NCBI RefSeq assembly: GCF_009914755.1
Contig: NC_060929.1
DNA: 64,000 nucleotides
Reading direction: 5' to 3' (one strand)
Source of the DNA: the human T2T-CHM13v2.0 reference genome, Homo sapiens
Of the stretch, positions 17,050-32,132 are shown in pieces. Below the pieces are notes generated by a model that saw only the letters and a list, made by a program, of their open reading frames with translations, was not told the DNA's origin and did no database searches. Position 1 is the first letter of the stretch; each line of letters opens with the position of its first letter. The translations under genes and the position numbers were made by a program.

Positions 17050-18220
17050 AAAGAAAGGACTTTACTGTTCTACCTATGTTTGTTACAGAAAAAAGTAGAA
17101 AATATATAAGTTAAAAAACATTGAAATCACCAATAATCCTACTGTTCAGAAATAACAACTTGGAACATATCTTTTCAGATTTTTTTCTGACACATAAACA
17201 TTCATTTTATTATTATTTTTGTTTAAAAATGCATTATTTTATTAATGGAAAAGCTAACCATATTTCACAACAAATGCATTTTTAAAATGACACTATACTG
17301 AGGGTTCTTATCCTGGCAATTGGTTAACCCTCACATTGGTCACAATGATAAACTCTGGACAAAATATAAAAGACATCTATTTGATAGGATTGGAGAAGCA
17401 ACCAAAAGCAGGCAGAGACTGGAAGAGATTAAACCCTTCAAAGAAGAGCTCTGCACTGAGTGGCCCTTCAGCTGAGAGAACTTGCCTTCCTGCATGTGCA
17501 GGCTAGCCAGAACCCAAGCAGAAGGCTGCAATTTTATTGGCTTAAGGTGTCAAAGGATGGAGTCTGGGGATGCCAGAACAGCTGGAAACCAGGAAGGTAA
17601 ATTCCTAACAAAAAGGCACCAACTATGAATGGGAATAACTCCAAATCTGTGTATAAATTCTTTTTAATTTTTTTGGTTGAATTTTGAACGTGTTTGCATG
17701 GGAAGACTCAAAGGAGCTGACAAAAGGCTTACAGCTAGATGTCTGAAGAACATAAGCAGAGATTTAGGCTGCTGCCCACTGCAGGACAGATGGTTTAGAC
17801 TTGGTATCTTGCCAAATTAAAGAGGCTTGATGAATACCTCAGGCTTTTCCCTGAAACCCATAAAGGCCATTCCTTAGGAATAAAGATAATGTCACAGGTC
17901 CCAGTGTTTACCCTAAAGTTAAGGGCAAAACTCATCACAGCAAGTTGTAAAACCAAGCCTGAACATAGGCAAGGTAATCAGCCACTAGATGCCCACTAGA
18001 ACAAAAACCAACACTCTTCAGAAGAATATGACAGGATCCAGAGACTCAACAACTCATCATTCACAATGTCCAACATATAATAAGAACTTACTGAGTATGC
18101 AAAGAAAAAAGAAAGGACTTTACTGTTCTACCTATGTTTGTTATAGAAAAAAGTAGAAAACATAAAAAATTGAAATCACCAATAATCCTACTGTTCAGAA
18201 ATAACAACTTGGAACATATC
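17050..18220 (+). repeat. Dispersed direct duplication of ~115 bp (17050-17171 and 18108-18220)
   Basis: aaagaaaggactttactgttctacctatgtttgtta...aataacaacttggaacatatc is present twice and nearly identical. Confidence 0.95.
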
Positions 18221-18777
18221 AAGAAGGAAAAAAAAAAAAAGAAAACTACAGAAACAGACTTGAAGATGACCCAAATGTTGGAATTAGCAAACAAAGACTT
18301 TAAATAAACTATTCTATACATGTTCAACGACTTGAGGAAGTGGCTATAATGTGCTAAAAATAGAATACTTTAACAGACAAATTGAAACCTTAGAACACCA
18401 AATGGTGATTGCTGAACTATAAAGTTTGATATTTGAAAGAAAAATTCACTGGATGGACTTAATAACAGACTGGAAAAGACTGAAGAAAACCTCAACGAAC
18501 TTGAAAAATGATCAATGGGAATCATATAAACTAAAGAAGAGGGGAAAAACAGATTGGCAGAAAAGATAAACAAAGCATAAGTGACCTGTGAGGCAGTATA
18601 AAATCAACTAATTTATATGTAATTGGAGTCCCAGAGTAGAGAAAACAGAGAATAGGGGAGAAAAAAATATTTGAAGAAATTATACTCCTGAATCCCAAAT
18701 TTGGTGAAAAACATTAACTTAAGAATCAAAGAAGGCCAGCAAATAAACGGGATAAATGCAAAGAAAATCCACAACTA

Positions 18778-19082
18778 GGCTGGGCATGGTGGCTAATGCT
18801 TGTAATCCAGCACTTTGGGAGGCCAAGTGAGAGGATTCCTTGAGCTCAGGAGTTCAAGTCCAGCTTGGGTAACATAGCGAGACCTTTCTCTACTAAAAAA
18901 AAAAAAAAAAATTATCCAGGCATGGTCGTGCATGCCTATAAACCCAGCTTCTTGGGAGGCTGAGGCAGGAGGATTGCTTGAACCCAGGAGATCAAGGCTG
19001 CGGTGAGCTATGGCTGTCCCACTGCACTCTAGCCTTGGTTTCAGAGCAAGATCATGTCTTAGAAAAAACAAAACCAAAAAAA
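18778..19082 (+). mobile_element. AluJ SINE
   Basis: ggaggattgcttgaacccaggagatcaaggctgcggtgagctat J diagnostics. Confidence 0.9.
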
Positions 19083-19198
19083 CACATGGAAAAAAATACA
19101 CACTATATACAGCTTAACAATAATAGAGATGACAGCTGATTTCTCATCAGAAACAACAGAGGCCAGAAAACAATGAAATGACAACTTTCAAATACTGA

Positions 19199-19558
<360 letters not shown>

Positions 19559-21316
19559 TAAAGAAATTTTTAGATAAACAAAACCTGAGAGAATATATTG
19601 CAGACAGATCCACATTACAAGACATGACAGAATAAGTTCTTTAGGCTGAAAGGAAATGACACAAGATAAAACTCTAATCTACAAGAGTGAATGCGCAGCA
19701 CTAGAAATGATAAACATGAGTATAAAAATAAAGAGTATGTTTTTCTCCTGTTATTTTATTTAAAAAATAACTGAATCTTAAACACAAAAGTTATAACAAT
19801 ATATTATTTGATTTTAATGCATATGGATGTAAGAGATATGACAACAATAATATAAAAAACAGGAGGTTATTATACTGGTGGAATTATACTATGTAAGCTC
19901 CTTAAATTTTCCATGAAATTATACAATATTAACTCTAAGACTATGAGAAGATGAGGATGCAGAGACCAATCCTAAATCCCTAGATCAACTGTTAAAAACA
20001 TTACAAAAGGTATAGCTAAAATGACCTCAGAACAACGAAAATAAAATATCAAAAAATTTAACCCAAAAGAAGGCAGAAAAGGAGAAAGAGAACAGAGGAA
20101 GTGATGGGACAAAGAGAAAATAAATAGCATATTGGTAGACACAAATCCAAACATATCAATAATGACAGGAAATTTAAATGGACTAGTCACTTCAATTAAA
20201 ACTAAATTGAAATACTATAATCCCAATGTTGGTAAGGACATGGAGCAACTAAACTACAACTCTCAGGTATTACACATGGGAGTAATAAATAAATTAGTCT
20301 TCAATTTTCTCCTGGTTTTTCAAAGGAAAATTGGAAGAAGTAGTTCTTTCCATCATTGGCCTCCCTTTGAAGTTGAAATGCTTACATTGGTTGAAAATCA
20401 CTGATTTAAACTCATTTTTAATAATCAGAATAATAATTTTGACTAAGTAAAATAAACTCAATCCTCTATTAGTGTACTATTTCTCAGATTAAAAAGTGAT
20501 CTGGATTTCTGTCATCTTCTATTTTATCAGTTGCCATCAGAGTTGTGAAAAATTATATTAGAGAATCTTTAGGAAATTGGTTGACTACATTTAGCAAAAT
20601 TACCATTACTGTATATTTCCAACAATTTTACATATAGTTCATGGTGAAGATGGTACTCTAGATTTGTTGGTAGTCAGATGGTATATAACTGGTTGACTTA
20701 TTCAATAGTCACCATTTCCTAAAGTTTATTCCATGGAACTCTGGCTTTGTAGGATATCAACAGCTGCTGATTTAAAGTTCTGATTTAAAGGCTTCGATGT
20801 GCTGATGTACACTATGACACACAGAAGGAATTTAATGTGTACCATCTCCCAAACATATTTGACCAATGAGTTTCTCCTGGGACAGTTTTGAGGACTTTTA
20901 CTTTAAAAACACACTTTGGAAAATTTTGGTCTAGAGGTAATGTAGACATGAACTAGAGTTGTAGCAGGTGGAAAAAAAGGAGAGAACAAAAATGAGAAAG
21001 AGCATATGTTGCTTATGTCCCATTTCTCAGTGCTAGTTTCCTTAAATGTAAGATGTTTTCTATCGGCTTTAACCCTGTGCAAGTTATTTAATCTCTCTTT
21101 TTTTTAATATGTAAAAATGGGGCCAATAAAAATAATACTTACATTATAGGATTTGTAATGAGAGTTAAAATTGATGTATGTAAAGTGCAAGTATAGTGCC
21201 TGACATGATCCTGTTTGAAAAATGAGAGTGAGGATTGTTATTTGAATATTTTGGTACAACTTATATGAACTAGATGTTTTCTTCTGGTCACATATAAAAA
21301 GACATTAATTCTTCTT

Positions 21317-21630
<314 letters not shown>

Positions 21631-23029
21631 TTAATTCTTCTTTTGCAATATTGATTTCCAAGTGAAAGATTCTGAGAAGGCCTGCTCATAAGAAGCCTGC
21701 TTATCTTTATTGAACCCAGCATTTGACCAAGGAGTCTGTCTATTACTGGAGCATCTTGGCACTACTGGTTTCACAGAAAAATATAGTTATTTGTATAGCA
21801 CTTGATAGTTTCTGGTTATCTTCATATATATTATTAGAGTCTATCCTTATAAAAAACCAGTGAGACTGGTGATGCAGAAAATATCACCTCTAAATTATAG
21901 ACACAGAAACTGACCAAAGAGATTAAATGAACTGCCAAAGGCCATAGAATTGGCAAGTGCCAGTGACTGGACTCACATCCATGTTTTTGGCTCTAGGGTG
22001 AGTATGTTGAGTCACTTGAATGAATGACTGACTCAGATAGGGGCTCCTGATTTTGCATTTTAAAATAATTTAGTTCCGTTCAATAAACATTTATTGAATT
22101 ACTCTTGTATGCTGGACACTGTGCTAGGTGTGAAGATACAAAAATGAATGAGACATAGTCTGTCCTTGAAGAGCTTATAATCTAGTGCTATTCAGAAAAT
22201 CAGAAAACAGAAAAAAATGAAAACCGGTGAGTCTGACTCACTTTTTATGGTAATTAACTTCTTGAAAGGCTTAATGGCATCTAGTTTTCCAGTGGCCACC
22301 AGAAAAGAGTTTATGGTGACCATAAGCAAGGGCTCTGTGTAATAGTTGAAATTTGAAGAACTCCCTCTAAGGTGAAGCCTGTGGTCCTTCTTATCTTTAT
22401 TTTACAGTCATTAACACTATGCCATACTGTAAGGGAGAATGCTATAGGAGCATATTTTTCTATAATCTTTCTTTCCTCAGCCTGACATGTCTTCCCTTAT
22501 TTGTGTCCATGCTTTCTTTCTCAACAGATCACAGAAATGTTCTTTCTACTTCAGAATGCCTAGTTGTGGGAACATCACATAAAAAATGTCATTTTCCTCT
22601 TAGATATCATGATATTTTTAATGATATTCCCCCATTCCTTTTAGCATACTATGTTTTTCCAAACTTCTTATTTATCTTGACTACCTAGTTAATTGCTAAT
22701 GTCTGTTTTTCATAAAATTATTTGAAGACACCCTTGGCATAAGACCCCTCCATTCCTCCTTATCAAATCCCTCCTTGTTACCTGCAAAACTTATCATTAC
22801 TTTGCTGTGTAGAAACTTTATTTTAAAAAATCATTGATTAGTTTTCTGACTGCATTCTGAGAACCATTTTTCCCGTCTTATGCCTGCAGCCTTCTGTTGC
22901 CAAAAGATACTGCCGATTACTTTCTCACTGACATGTTAGTCATAGCTTCAGATTCACAATCCTATCACCACTCTGACTACTACTTTTTTGTGTCTGGTTC
23001 CTGGTTCCCTTTGAAAATATCTTTTGTAG

Positions 23030-23250
23030 CTGCAGTGTAGTGGAAAGCACCCTGGACTTGTAAACATAATCTCTGGGTGAGACATCTAGTCCTAACACTT
23101 TCTAGCTTTTTGATTCTGCACAAATCACCTTGCAGAGCCTCTGTTTCTTCACGTATAAAATTGAGATAATAATAGTACCATTTCACACCACTGTTCTTGA
23201 GGACTCTATGAGATAATATTTGTGAAAGGATTTTATACATTCTGAAGCAC
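23030..23250 (+). mobile_element. MIR SINE relic
   Basis: gcagtgtagtggaaagcaccctggact, gagcctctgtttcttcacgtataaaattgagataataatagtac. Confidence 0.75.
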
Positions 23251-23929
23251 CATCTAAATGGAAATATTAATTGTCAATTTCAGATATATGGGATTTTTGT
23301 GTTCTTCATTCTCTAGATTATCTCTAAGAGCTTGTTTCTTTAGTTAATATTATCATTTGCATATAAATGACCATGTAAATATATAAACTAGAAGCTGGCT
23401 TGAACCAATGTATAGGACACCTTCACAGTTACAATATGCCAGTAATGGAAAACTTTATACTGTCCTTAGTATCCATTTTCCTCACTTTCTCACTATGGTC
23501 AATAACTCTGTCACTAAGTATCTGAGTCCTTAATCCTTGTGTCACCTTCAAATTTCCTCTCTTTAGGGCCTATAGTGAGGGCTTGTTATTTTTTTCCTCT
23601 GGTGCCCAGCATCTCATTCCCCTTCCATGGCTTAGAGAAGTTTCACCTTTAAAGACCAGTTAGTAATACGCAAGGGAAAGAGCAAGACATTTGGTTGGAT
23701 TAGTGTGTTTTTTGTCAATTTTCCTGGAGAAAACAACCTAAGTCAGTGATGTTATATTACTCTGCAGTACAAAGACTGTATATTGTTTTTAAGTAGTTAA
23801 ATGAAGTGCAGTAGCAGCCACAGGACTAGGGACTAGACACCCTCAAAGTATGAAAAAAATGGAAGGGCCACATATGACAACACCCTTAGCTAAAGGAGAG
23901 CCACCTTTCCTACTTCCTCAATTCCTGTC

Positions 23930-24185
23930 TCAGTCACTCTTCATCCCATTATCCTGTTAAATGTTTGTTGTAACACTTACTAATATACGAAATCATTTAT
24001 TTGTTTGGGTGTTTATTCACTAGCTTGTATCTTGGCTCATGTTTATTGTCCCTCTCCTCTGACTAAAATGTAAACTCCTTCAGGGCAGGAACTTTGCTAT
24101 GTCTGCACTGTGTCTCCTCCCAGTGCCTAGAAGAGTGCCTCACACAGAGAGGCATGCAATAAACATTTGTTGACTGACTGACTGG
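23930..24185 (+). mobile_element. L2 3' end
   Basis: aatgtaaactccttcagggcaggaac...cccagtgcctagaagagtgcct...caataaacatttgttgactgactgactg. Confidence 0.8.
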
Positions 24186-27100
24186 TAAAGTCTTGATGTA
24201 GTGGGAGCTCCATAAATGTTAAACTGAATTAAAAATGAATTACAGACATTTTCTGAGATAAGTAGTTAACTTCAAATGTTATATTTTCCAGAGAAAAGAA
24301 TACACTGTTATGAAAAATTTTAAAATTTCAAAATTATTTAAATGCTTTTAAAAAAATGTAGGTGCTAAGTTCCAAACATTAAAAAATGACAAGATAATGC
24401 ACATTTTGCTTCTAACCTGCTATAAGCCTGTTATTCTCAGTAACCCAATCATTTGAGTGAAACGATCATAAAAAACATGATTGTTAAAAGCTTTTGGAAA
24501 TAGAGGAAACATAATTTTAACTGTGTATTTGGTTAAAAACTGAATTCAATGCCACTTTCTGGCTTCTGTATTAATAGTATTCTCACGAAAAAGCTCTATC
24601 TCTATTCCATGGAAATAATTTTAAGGATTCATGTACTATTCACACTTACTTTGGAAAAGTATGGTAAAAGGAAGAAATAAGACACTGTTCATTATTTTGA
24701 TTTTTACCATATCTTCACATTTAAATAGATTTTTAAAAGAAACAAAAAAGCAACACTCCACACATCTTTCTTTTGTTTCCCCAAACAAAGACAGACCAAC
24801 ACTACCCACAGCACTATATGGCAGAGTTTTAAAATTTGTTCAGGATGTAGCTTAGGCCCTTGCACAATCATTTATAAGTTGTTTTTTTTTTAAACTTAGT
24901 TTTGGAGGACCCCTGTGTTTCAATTAGGGGATACCAGGGCTATTTATTTGTTAGCTAGAGCTTGTTAAGGTCAGGAACCACCCATGTCTTTTTCATTTTT
25001 CCATGCTGTCCTCACTCCCCACCAGGGGTTAGTTGCCTAGCATGCGTCATGCCTCAGTAAGTGTGAACTGCGGATATGGAAGATGAGCCTCTGTAAAAAG
25101 TGCGACTTCCATATGTCAGAGAGAAGACTGAAAATTGTAAATGGGAGTAAGTTAACACTCTCCAGTATCTGTAGATCTGAGATAAGATGGATGGAATATC
25201 AATACCATAAAGACGATGGCCTCTCTCAGGCCACAGATAATAGTAGCAAACTCCCAACTAGTTTGCAGTAGCAAACTGCTTCCTTTTGATTTTGTTAGGC
25301 ATCCGCAATTACTCTCAGAAAAACTGCACATGAAGTGGGAAAACTGGGATGCAGTTACTGTTGGTAAGATAGATGGATTAGGCTACTGGCCTAATGCTAG
25401 TAAGCAAGCTGGATAGTAAGTTCCATTAGACCTTCCTGTCTTTCTTCTAGACCTATCATATTTGATCTTTCATGACATGTCTTATACTTTGTCAGCAATC
25501 AACAGCAAATATATTAGAAAAATGGTTATGATAATTACATCCCAATATAGAAATGTTAGAAAAAAATCAGTACCTTGTGGTCTAAGTACAATGCTGTCCT
25601 GAAGAATACAGGTTATGCCATAACCTTATATGAGCTTGGTTAATTTTAGTCCAAACATTTCCTAAGTGCCTTGTATATGCCAGACACTGTTAGGCAATGG
25701 GCATATAAAGTAAAACAAGACATAGGTGTCATCCTTGAGGAGATTACAGTACTAATTTCCCTTGGAAGAATCCAAGACTCACCTGCCTTATTCCAAATTG
25801 CACTTTATGTAAGTGGCATTAAAATGAAATTTCAGCGTGTTATATGAGAAGTCATTGTTAGATAAATTCTGCCTATAATGAAAATGACATTGCATTACAA
25901 ACTTTGATTCAATCCCCAGGCTGTATTTCTACTACACAGTACCCTTGGCACAGTAAACTAATATAGAAATCTTTCAGCTAAAAACAACAGTAACCAAATT
26001 TGCTATATAATATGCATTGTTATCTTTAAAATAATGCTTCCTATTTTTGATACTTTTTTTGTAAATGAATGGCTATTATCTATATTAGACAAGTACAAGG
26101 ATACCTATTTTTTCCTCTGTGAAGGCTGGATGGCCTTGCATTCAGTTTTAAGTTAGACTTCTTAATGTTTCTAGCAGAATAATACCAACTGTACTATCAG
26201 CTTGTCTGAGATCTCTCTGAGTCAAAACACAAGACATGGTCAACTTAAGACTCTCATTAGAGGTCTTACCCTTGCATTCTTGAACATTCAGCTCCTGCCA
26301 AAAATGTGGTTAAGACAATAATATTTAAGTGATAAGTTTAAGGTACATTTAAATGGTCAATTTTCTAGATTTTTCCATCTTTGGTCATAGTAAAGTTATG
26401 ATAAATATAACAAAAATCAATGTGGCCTCCCATGTGAGTCATGATTTAATGTTACATTACAGTCTTTTACTGATCATTGATATAAAAAATGGGTTGAAGA
26501 TATGGCCATTGTTAGTCTATGTTTCTTTGACGAGAATCTGTGTGATTTCATTTCATTTCATTTCATTTCAATCAACATTTTTTCTATGAGCTGCAGATTA
26601 TGGTAGTTAACAAAAAAGATGTGGTCACTGCCTTCAAAAAGTTTATATTCTAATGGGGAAAGTAGAAACTAAATAAATCATTTCACAAATAATTGTTTAT
26701 AAGGAAATAATATGTGATGACTTCTTTGGCATTTACTGTAAGAAAAATATCTTTTCAGATGAGCTTATATGTTTTTGCTTTTCAAGTGAGAAAGATATTG
26801 TCAGCCACTTATCTCCTTTTTTGCCTTGAAAGTAAGGAAGCTCAAAGATAAATTTTATGCTAAATTAATGTAATTGTCATATCATAGGCTGATGGCCAAT
26901 TATCTTTATTTCTAAACAGTTTCCGGTCCTATAAAAATCTTTATTTTAACTATGATGTCTTACATGTCTTGTTTCCTGTAGGGTGACCAAAGGAAGCAAA
27001 CAGGGATAGGGTATGGTTAGTACGTGGGGGTGGGGGTGGGGATAACTAAGATACACGGCATAAAAAACAATTTTATATGTCTTCTTGAAGTTTTATTTTG

Positions 27101-28194
27101 AAGTTTCATTTGAAAACCAGAATTGTTCTATATATTCACTGTTGTATAAAACAGTACACAATTTTTATCAAGTTCCAAGTTGGAGTTCTCTAGAAAACCT
27201 GTGATGCTATATAAAAATGAGATTTCAACTACCTTTAGCTCCATGACAGAAACAACTGAGTAAAATTTCATGGAAGTATCGTTAAACATGTTATATTAAA
27301 AAAAATCAGAATTTCATAATCTTTTGAAACTCTGCTGTACTTTAATGGTACTTCTAATAGTGCCTAACACTTGGAAAGAGTCCACAGTTTGGCTCTTATA
27401 AAGTGGTTTTTGACAGCAAATGTGCAGGAACCAGAATCTATCCTTAAACTTGAATCTGAGCCACTTAGACATCATGATGTTGCCCAAATGTGAAGTGGTT
27501 TCCATTGGCAATACCATAATACAGTGTCTTCTCACTGCAGCCTGAAACTGAGTTTGGGAGATGTTTAGCTACCAAAAGAAGCAGACATTATCTAAGTCTT
27601 GATCAGACAGAAAAAAATTTGAAAAAGACTTTCTGGCATTCATTCAGTGGAAAATGAAGAAGCAAAGAAGCCAAATAAAGTTAACAGCTCTAAAGAGAGG
27701 CTGGAAATTGTGGTGCTCTAAAGTCTTCATCATCACCACCATGCTCACTGATGCCAATAAACATTTATTGAGTTCTTACCATGTGCAAGAAACAGTAACA
27801 AGGGCTGTAGTTATAATGGTCTTGAAGGTCAAGGACACTCCTTCAATACATAAGAGGCTTTTTTCTTTAAATACATTATAAACACGTCTATCCACTCATT
27901 TGTTAACTTATATTCTTGCTTCCGCAGTACTAAACTACCCCTACTCTTCTTTCACAATGCACCTGAAGTTCCACTTTGTCACCTTGTAATTCCTTGTACC
28001 TGGCACAGTGTTTTGAAGGCATCAGTTATTCAATAATATGTATGGACAGAAGGAATGAATTGTAAGGGTCTTACAATCTAATTGGGAGATAGAATAGAGT
28101 TTTTTTTTTTTTAAATCTTAACTTCTTTATACAGTTTCTATCTAGCATATAACAGGAATTTAAAAAGTTAATCAATAGTGTACAAATAATTTCA

Positions 28195-28420
28195 TAGAAA
28201 ACATTTATTGAATACTCACTATGCTTTAGATGCATTACTACATTGAATTCTCACAATATGTAAGTGCTATTATTGCTGTCATTTAGAGATGATATAGCTA
28301 AAGTTTACCGGAGTTAAGTATAATAACTTGCTTAGTTACCTAGATGGTAACTCGTGGAGGCAGGATTTGAACCTAGGCAATTTGACTGTGGCTTAGACTC
28401 TTCATCATCATACTGCACAT
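28195..28420 (-). mobile_element. MIR SINE relic
   Basis: acatttattgaatactcactatg ... gcaggatttgaacctaggcaatttgact. Confidence 0.75.
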
Positions 28421-29623
28421 ATAGGTAATAAGTCCTCTAACTTTAGAAGAAGAAATGATTGCTGAGGACTGGGTAGTGGGGACGTCTTTATGAAGAAAGC
28501 AGAACTTATGGTAGGTTTTTAAAGAAGACCAGAGATGAGTAAGGGGCAAGAAGATAAGTGAACAAAGAAGTGAGTAGAAATGCTTATAATTATTTGGAGA
28601 ACAGAGTTAGACTTGTTTGGATAGAATGAAAGTTTGTGCAGGATAGTAGTAGAAAACCTAATTAGAGATTTAGCAGGAACAAGAGTGTGATGGACACAGA
28701 AGTTTGGATTTCATTCTTTAGATGAAGGGGAGCAAATGAAGTATTTTACATAGAGAAAGAGGTATGAAAAGCTGCTTTTTAGGAAGATGTACAGGATTTA
28801 ATAGCAAGTGAGGGATTACAGACAGGGGTACCAGTTAGGTGAAGAGGAAGAGACTGAACTAAGATGGTGGCACTGGGAATGGAGAATAAATCACAGATAA
28901 GAGAGAAAGAACAAACCAATAAAACATGACGACTGCCTTGATGCTGGAAAGAGATTAGTCAGAGTCTGCCCTGTCTGAGGGGTACTGATAATATCAGTGT
29001 CAGAAGTGGAAATGTTCTAGAGGGAGAGCTGGGTTTTGGAAGATTATTAAGCCTATAATTTAAAACAGTTGATTCCTATAGGGTTAAGGCACTTAATAAC
29101 TAAATAACTTAACAAATGTTTGGACACTGATGATGAGCCAAGCACTAGGTCAGGTACAGGTGACAGAATGGTGAATGGGAAAGACATGGCCCCTGTTTTC
29201 ACAGGCCTCGAGAGTTTGTGAGAGAAGAAAGGCATTGCATAAGTAGTAAGATAACACTGATGAGCTTTATGCTCGTAGAAATACAGAGTACTATGGGAGC
29301 ATATGCTAGCAGCATATACAGCGGGTAGTCTGGGACTTCTTCGAGGAAGTTAACATTTAAGCAATGGGTCATGTTAATGGTTTGGTGCCCCAAACTAGGG
29401 ATAGTAATTTGTTTAAGGTAGATTATATATGAGAAGTATGAATCATAGTACCTGCTCACCAATCACTCCTTTTAGTGAAGCTACATTGCTTATGACCTGT
29501 TTCAGGGACAGGAGTAAGGGGTCATCTTTTGTTTCACATTACCCTACACCTCCTATGCACAGCTGTTGAAACCAGGAAGGGACACAAAACTAAGTATAGC
29601 CTATTCAGAGAGTCATCACCTAT

Positions 29624-29830
29624 CAGGGGTGTCCAATCTTTTGGCTTCCCTGTGCCACACTGGAAGAAGAAAAATTGTCTTGGGCCACACATAAAATAGG
29701 CTAACACTAATGGTAGCTGATCAGCTAAAAAAAAAAATCACAAAAAACTCTCATAATGTTTTTAAAAAGTTTACGAATTTGTGTTGGACCACGTTCAAAG
29801 CCATCCTGGGCTGCAGGTTGGAAAAGCTTG
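29624..29830 (+). mobile_element. MER30 hAT-Charlie non-autonomous DNA transposon
   Basis: caggggtgtccaatcttttggcttccctg...gggccacacataaaata...ggttggaaaagcttg; imperfect terminal inverted repeats. Confidence 0.85.
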
Positions 29831-30869
29831 CTCTAGAGGAAAAAGATGAGAAAAAATAATTTTCTTAAAAATTTAAATGTGTGACACCAAGAGACCGGTG
29901 GATGATTGTGGCTGAAAAGTCAGGAAGTCAAGTCAGACTAGAGGGACCTGAAGGCCATGCATTTCCTAAAGTACTGAGTGGGCAGAAAGAGTAAGGGGAA
30001 GAAGCTGGTCAGCAGGTAAGTAAAACATGGAATCAGAGATAAACAGAGACCACTCTTCTAGAGATATACCATATGTCGCATGAGAGCTAAGTGGCAAGAG
30101 TAGCTGTTTTGTAGATCAATATCAATTTTCAATGGCGTTCTAATCACAAGATAATGAGTACTCTCACAATACCCCATACCAGATTCATTTCACGTTACAG
30201 CAACATTATGAAGTCTAATTGGCTTATGTTAAGATTTCAGGGTGAAATCTAGTTCTTACATATTTTCTGTGAGAATCTTCTTTAGGAGACAAACTATAAA
30301 TTCATTCCAAGTATTAGGGGTTGGGTTAGCTGAGTAGGTCTCTGTTCCTTGTAGATAAAAGGGTTCCATGAAAACAGGTTATCCCATATTGGATAAGAGT
30401 AAACTAAAAAGGAGATAGTGTATTGAGTTCAGCTACCAGGGTAAATAAATTATTACACATAGAAACAAATCTGCTTGCTACTTTTAAGTGTCTTTAATTG
30501 TCATAATTATAGCATGCCTATCTCAACACAGATGCGTTAAGATATATCTTAGGAAAATTGCCACAACTGTTGATACTTACACTTAAATGTTATGTTTGTA
30601 TGCTATATACCATACACATATACATAAAATATATTTATACACACCTACACACCTGTCTTTAGTAAGACATCAGTTAACCAATGTACAAACAGAATTATAT
30701 GTTTTTCTCACAATTTTTCATGTGTGCCAGGAGCACTGACAGGACAACCCCCATTACAATTACTGTCCCTCCCTCGCTCCAACTCTGTAGTGATGATCAC
30801 TGGGTAGATGGTAGATGGCGTTAAGCAAGGCTGCTCTTTTGTAACTCCATCTTTTGAGTTTTACTCCAT

Positions 30870-31226
30870 TGTCTTAGACCAGTTTGTGTTGCTACAACAA
30901 AATAGCTGAGACTGAGTAATTTGAAAAGAACAGAAATTATTTCTCACAGTTCTGAAAGCTGGGAAGTCCAAAATCAAGGTGCTGGCAGGTTTGGTTGTCT
31001 GACGAGGGCTGTGTCCTCCAGAGGGGAGAAACTCTTGTGTCCTCATGTGGCAAAAAGCAGACAAGAGGGACAAACTCCCTCCATCAAGCCCTTTTATAAA
31101 GGGAACCTAATTGCATTGACTAGGACCCCACCCTCATGACTCAATCACCCCACAAAATCCGCACCTCTCAACACCGTTACACTGATAACACCTAAATTTT
31201 GGAGGGGACATATTCAAATCACAGCA
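30870..31226 (-). mobile_element. MST/MLT1A-like MaLR solo LTR
   Basis: ttctcacagttctgaaagctgggaagtccaaaatcaaggtgctggcagg ... ggaggggacatattcaaatcacagca. Confidence 0.85.
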
Positions 31227-32132
31227 CCAACTCTCTTATTCTGTCAGCAAATCCCTTCTATTTTCCTCCAGTCTCTCTCCTGGTTGAAACCAAACTATAT
31301 AAACTGCAGTCAATCAAGTGATAAAACAATTCGCTTACCTGTGCCAAACTGTTTTTACAGGTTACAAACATAAACTTTTCTATACAGTTATTATTTGAGA
31401 CTAAAGGTAAGGTAGGTGAGCTTTAACATTCCCCTTCCCCTGAAGGAAAGCTAAAAGTTTCCTCCTGTATTTTTCTTTTCCATTTGGGCTAAACTTGGTA
31501 AATTATTTCAGCCTAGGAGGAGAGGAGTAGGGAAATTGGGAGGAAATGAGGAAAGAAGCTATTTCAACTGATCATGTGAGATAGATGGGTAGGCTGAATA
31601 TACACCCATCTCTCCCTTGTTCCACATGGAATATAAAAAAAGGCTATCGGATAGACTGCACAGGGAAAGAGTTGTCTAAGGGCATGTACGACGATGGAAT
31701 GGGATTGGGCGCCCTTCACATCTCAACTGGGCTTTGGTGGTGAGAGGCACAGCAGAAAGCAAAGGAAGGAAGATCATCCTATTTGTTCAGGTCTTGGTGA
31801 TAATTAGCTAAATGTAATTTCCATATAGTTAATTACAATTACAAGTATACTCTAAATAAATAGTGCATTGCTTCCCTAATGGAATATCAGAAGTTACAAT
31901 GAAATATTATATCTTTTTGGCCAAGTGAAATAAATTTGTTTCTAAATATAATTTCTTCAATAGTGATTATCTTTAGAAAGAAATAAAGGTAGTATTTTGT
32001 AATATTAACTGCATAATTTAACTCATTTAATTTTATTATAATAAGAGGAACGCTTTCCAAAGGGTTCATGTATCAATAGTGTTCTGATAATGTAGGCCTT
32101 ATAAAACATACTCCATTGGTTCTAACATACTC

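Noticed and set aside
27003-27041. G-run cluster as a G-quadruplex
   Set aside because: Only three closely spaced runs plus runs separated by a long loop; no functional context.
31361-31406. Possible 46-nt + strand exon (ttttacag| ... aag|gtaagg)
   Set aside because: Short pyrimidine tract, no recognisable peptide and no partner exons.
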